Part shown: positions 62,250-64,000 of the stretch, in pieces
Position numbering within the stretch: position 1 is the first letter of the stretch
How the letters are laid out: every line of letters starts with the position of its first letter
Assembly: GCA_963721015.1 (NCBI GenBank)
Contig: CAVRHM010000006.1
Span: 590,484-654,483, forward strand
DNA from: an uncultured Chloroflexia bacterium
GTDB taxonomy: Bacteria; Chloroflexota; Limnocylindria; Limnocylindrales; CSP1-4
Direction of reading: 5' to 3'
Length of the DNA stretch: 64,000 nucleotides
The notes under the pieces: generated by a model
What the model saw: only the letters and a program-made list of their open reading frames with translations
What the model was told of the DNA's origin: nothing
Databases searched by the model: none
Program-made: the position numbers and the translations under genes

Positions 62250-62453
62250 ATGACCATCGATGGCCAGGTCATCCTGCTGCTTCTGCCGGTCCTCCTCATC
62301 CAGCTGGCCCTCATCGTGGTTGCCTTGTACGACCTGCTCCGCCCGGAGCGCTTGGTCCGCGGTGACAGCAAGCTCATGTGGGGGATCATCATCGTGGTCA
62401 TCAACATCATCGGACCGATCTTGTACTTCGCGATCGGGCGCCGGGAAGCATGA
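62250..62453 (+). CDS. PLDc_N-domain small membrane protein
   Basis: 67 aa, MTIDGQVILLLLPVLLIQLALIVVALYDLL..KLMWGIIIVVINIIGPILYFAIGRR. ATGA-coupled to the ABC ATPase. Confidence 0.65.
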   Translation: MTIDGQVILLLLPVLLIQLALIVVALYDLLRPERLVRGDSKLMWGIIIVVINIIGPILYFAIGRREA

Positions 62454-63425
62454 GCGGGCCTGCGGCCGTCGCCTGTCGCGGCTTGACCAAGCGCTTCCCC
62501 GGCCCGGACGGCGGTGTGCTTGCCGTGGACCACCTGGACCTGGACATCCCCGCCGGCTCTGTCTTCGGCCTTCTGGGTCCGAACGGCGCGGGCAAGACGA
62601 CGACCCTGCGCCTCGTCACCGGCCTCGCCCGTCCCACCGAGGGCACGTCGACCGTCGCCGGCCGGGTCGTACGGCCGGAGGATGCGGAGCTCCGGCGCTC
62701 GCTGGGGGTCCTCGATCAGGCTCCTCGGTTCTATGGCTGGATGAGCGGCGACGAACTCGTGACCCTGGCCGGGAGGTTGGCTTGGTCTGGACGACGTCCA
62801 GCACTGCGCGGTCGGGTCGGGACCGTCCTTGACCAGGTCGGGCTGACCGACGCCGGACGCCGTCGCATCAGCGGCTACTCGGGCGGCATGCGCCAGCGAC
62901 TGGGCATCGCCGCGGCGCTCGTCGCCGAGCCTGCCGTCCTCATCCTCGACGAACCGGTGAGCTCCCTCGACCCGGAGGGCCGGCGAGACCTGTTGGCCCT
63001 CATCGCCGACCTGCGCCATGACGCGACGGTCGTGTTCTCCACGCACGTCCTCGATGACGTCGAGCGGATCTGCGACCGGGTCGGCATCCTCGACGCTGGC
63101 CGCCTGGTGGAGGTCGCGCCGCTGGACGACCTGCTCGCCCGCTACGCGGCGGCCTCGTACCGGCTCGAGCCCGAACCCGACCAAGGCGAGGCCATGGACA
63201 CACTGCGCGCCAGCCTCGCCATGCAGCCGTGGTGCGCCGGGCTGACGGACGACGGGGTGGCGATCATCGTGGCAGTCCGCGACGAGGCCGCGGCCGCAGC
63301 TGGGCTGCTCCCCCTTGTGGTGGGCGTCGGCGTCCGGCTCGTTCGCTACGAGCGGGTTCGCCCGAACGCTCGAGGATGTCTTCCTCCAACTCGTCGCTCG
63401 CGGGCAGACCGCGCTCGTCGCCTGA
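62450..63425 (+). pseudogene. ABC-2 type exporter ATP-binding protein; one +1 frame break near the 3' end
   Basis: This frame is not in the ORF track because, as sequenced, it runs off the window. GPNGAGKTT, YSGGMRQRLG and LILDEPVSSLD. Break at about 63363-63368 (..YERVRP | LEDVFLQLVARGQTALVA*, stop at 63423-25). Confidence 0.8.
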
Positions 63426-64000
63426 TGGCCGGGCTTCGGGTGCTCCTGGGCAAGGAGTGGCGCGAGTCGTGGCGGACCTACCGGCTACCCGTCGTCGGTG
63501 CCCTGTTCCTGCTGGTGGGCCTGAGCTCCCCCTTGCTGGCTCGCTACCTGCCGGAGATCATCGAGGCGGCGGCGGGCGACAGCTTGAGCGGCATCACCGT
63601 CCCGACCCCGACCGCCGCCGACGCCGTCGACCAGGTCCAGAAGAACCTCGGCCAGTTCGGGGCGCTGGCCGCCATCCTGCTCGCGATGGGATCGGTCGCG
63701 ACCGAGGTGGAGCGGGGGACGGCGGCGTTCATCCTTGCGCGGCCGGTCGGGCGCGGGGCGTTCCTGTGGGCCAAGGCCCTGGCGATCGGGATCGTCCTGG
63801 CCATCGGGGTGGCGCTGGCGGTCGCCGTCGGCTGGCTGTACACGGCCATCCTGTTCGAGCCGCCGGCCGTCGGCGGTTGGGTCGCGATGGGGATGCTGAC
63901 GTGGCTCGCCCTCGCCGCCTGGGCCGCCCTGACCTTCCTGGCCTCGACCATCACGGGGTCGGCGATCGCCGCGGCGGGACTCGGCTTCGTGGCACTGCTC
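63425..64000 (+). CDS. ABC-2 type transporter permease, N-terminal fragment (continues beyond the window)
   Basis: MAGLRVLLGKEWRESWRTYRLPVVGALFLLVG.. The ATG overlaps the repaired ATPase stop (TGATG). Multiple TM helices; open to position 64000. Confidence 0.65.
   Translation, partial: MAGLRVLLGKEWRESWRTYRLPVVGALFLLVGLSSPLLARYLPEIIEAAAGDSLSGITVPTPTAADAVDQVQKNLGQFGALAAILLAMGSVATEVERGTAAFILARPVGRGAFLWAKALAIGIVLAIGVALAVAVGWLYTAILFEPPAVGGWVAMGMLTWLALAAWAALTFLASTITGSAIAAAGLGFVALL

Noticed and set aside
1-64000. A mobile element, prophage, defence island, tRNA or rRNA.
   Set aside because: I recognised no integrase, transposase, recombinase, phage structural, restriction, Cas or retron-type genes. 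There are no tRNA-like T-loop/acceptor patterns, no flanking direct repeats and no compositional island.

Overview
Very GC-rich bacterial chromosome segment with strong G/C bias at third codon positions. The gene style looks actinobacterium-like, which is my inference only. I call about 60 protein genes, many chained by 4-nt ATGA/GTGA start-stop overlaps. I found no rRNA, tRNA, CRISPR array, transposase, integrase or phage genes, so this reads as core metabolism rather than an accessory island.

Gene content, left to right:
- Sugar-type ABC transporter, enolase-superfamily enzyme and CoA-transferase.
- A glycine-betaine/dimethylglycine island: two DMGDH/SARDH-type flavoenzymes, etfBA, IclR, a betaine-aldehyde-type ALDH and proVWX. 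A Gfo/Idh/MocA-ThuA pair is embedded in it.
- An orphan ABC importer plus an FAD oxidoreductase.
- A roughly 1300-aa GAF/GGDEF/EAL signalling protein.
- Housekeeping and unknown genes: BI-1, DUF59, DUF433, GNATs, DUF885, pabB-pabC, DmpA peptidase, rhodanese and an S41 protease.
- A tandem pair of unknown paralogues.
- Lysine 2,3-aminomutase and an M14 carboxypeptidase.
- MMPL transporter with an AttH-like lipoprotein.
- Rrf2 regulator with a three-domain NirK.
- Fur-family regulator with a ZIP transporter.
- Ribokinase and a FabI-like SDR.
- A PLDc_N / ABC-2 exporter module running off the window end.

The most striking signal is not a gene family. Between about 19.0 and 30.4 kb, all eight consecutive genes are broken by single-base frame changes, about 50 in total and densest near 26 kb. 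Four more isolated +1 breaks lie at 32.7, 33.6, 35.4 and 63.4 kb. Flanking ORFs of about 840 codons are intact. This is most likely a local consensus-quality problem, but it should be checked against reads.

I did not recognise a clear-cut novel multi-gene system. All product calls rest on motifs I recognise by eye; no database search was possible.
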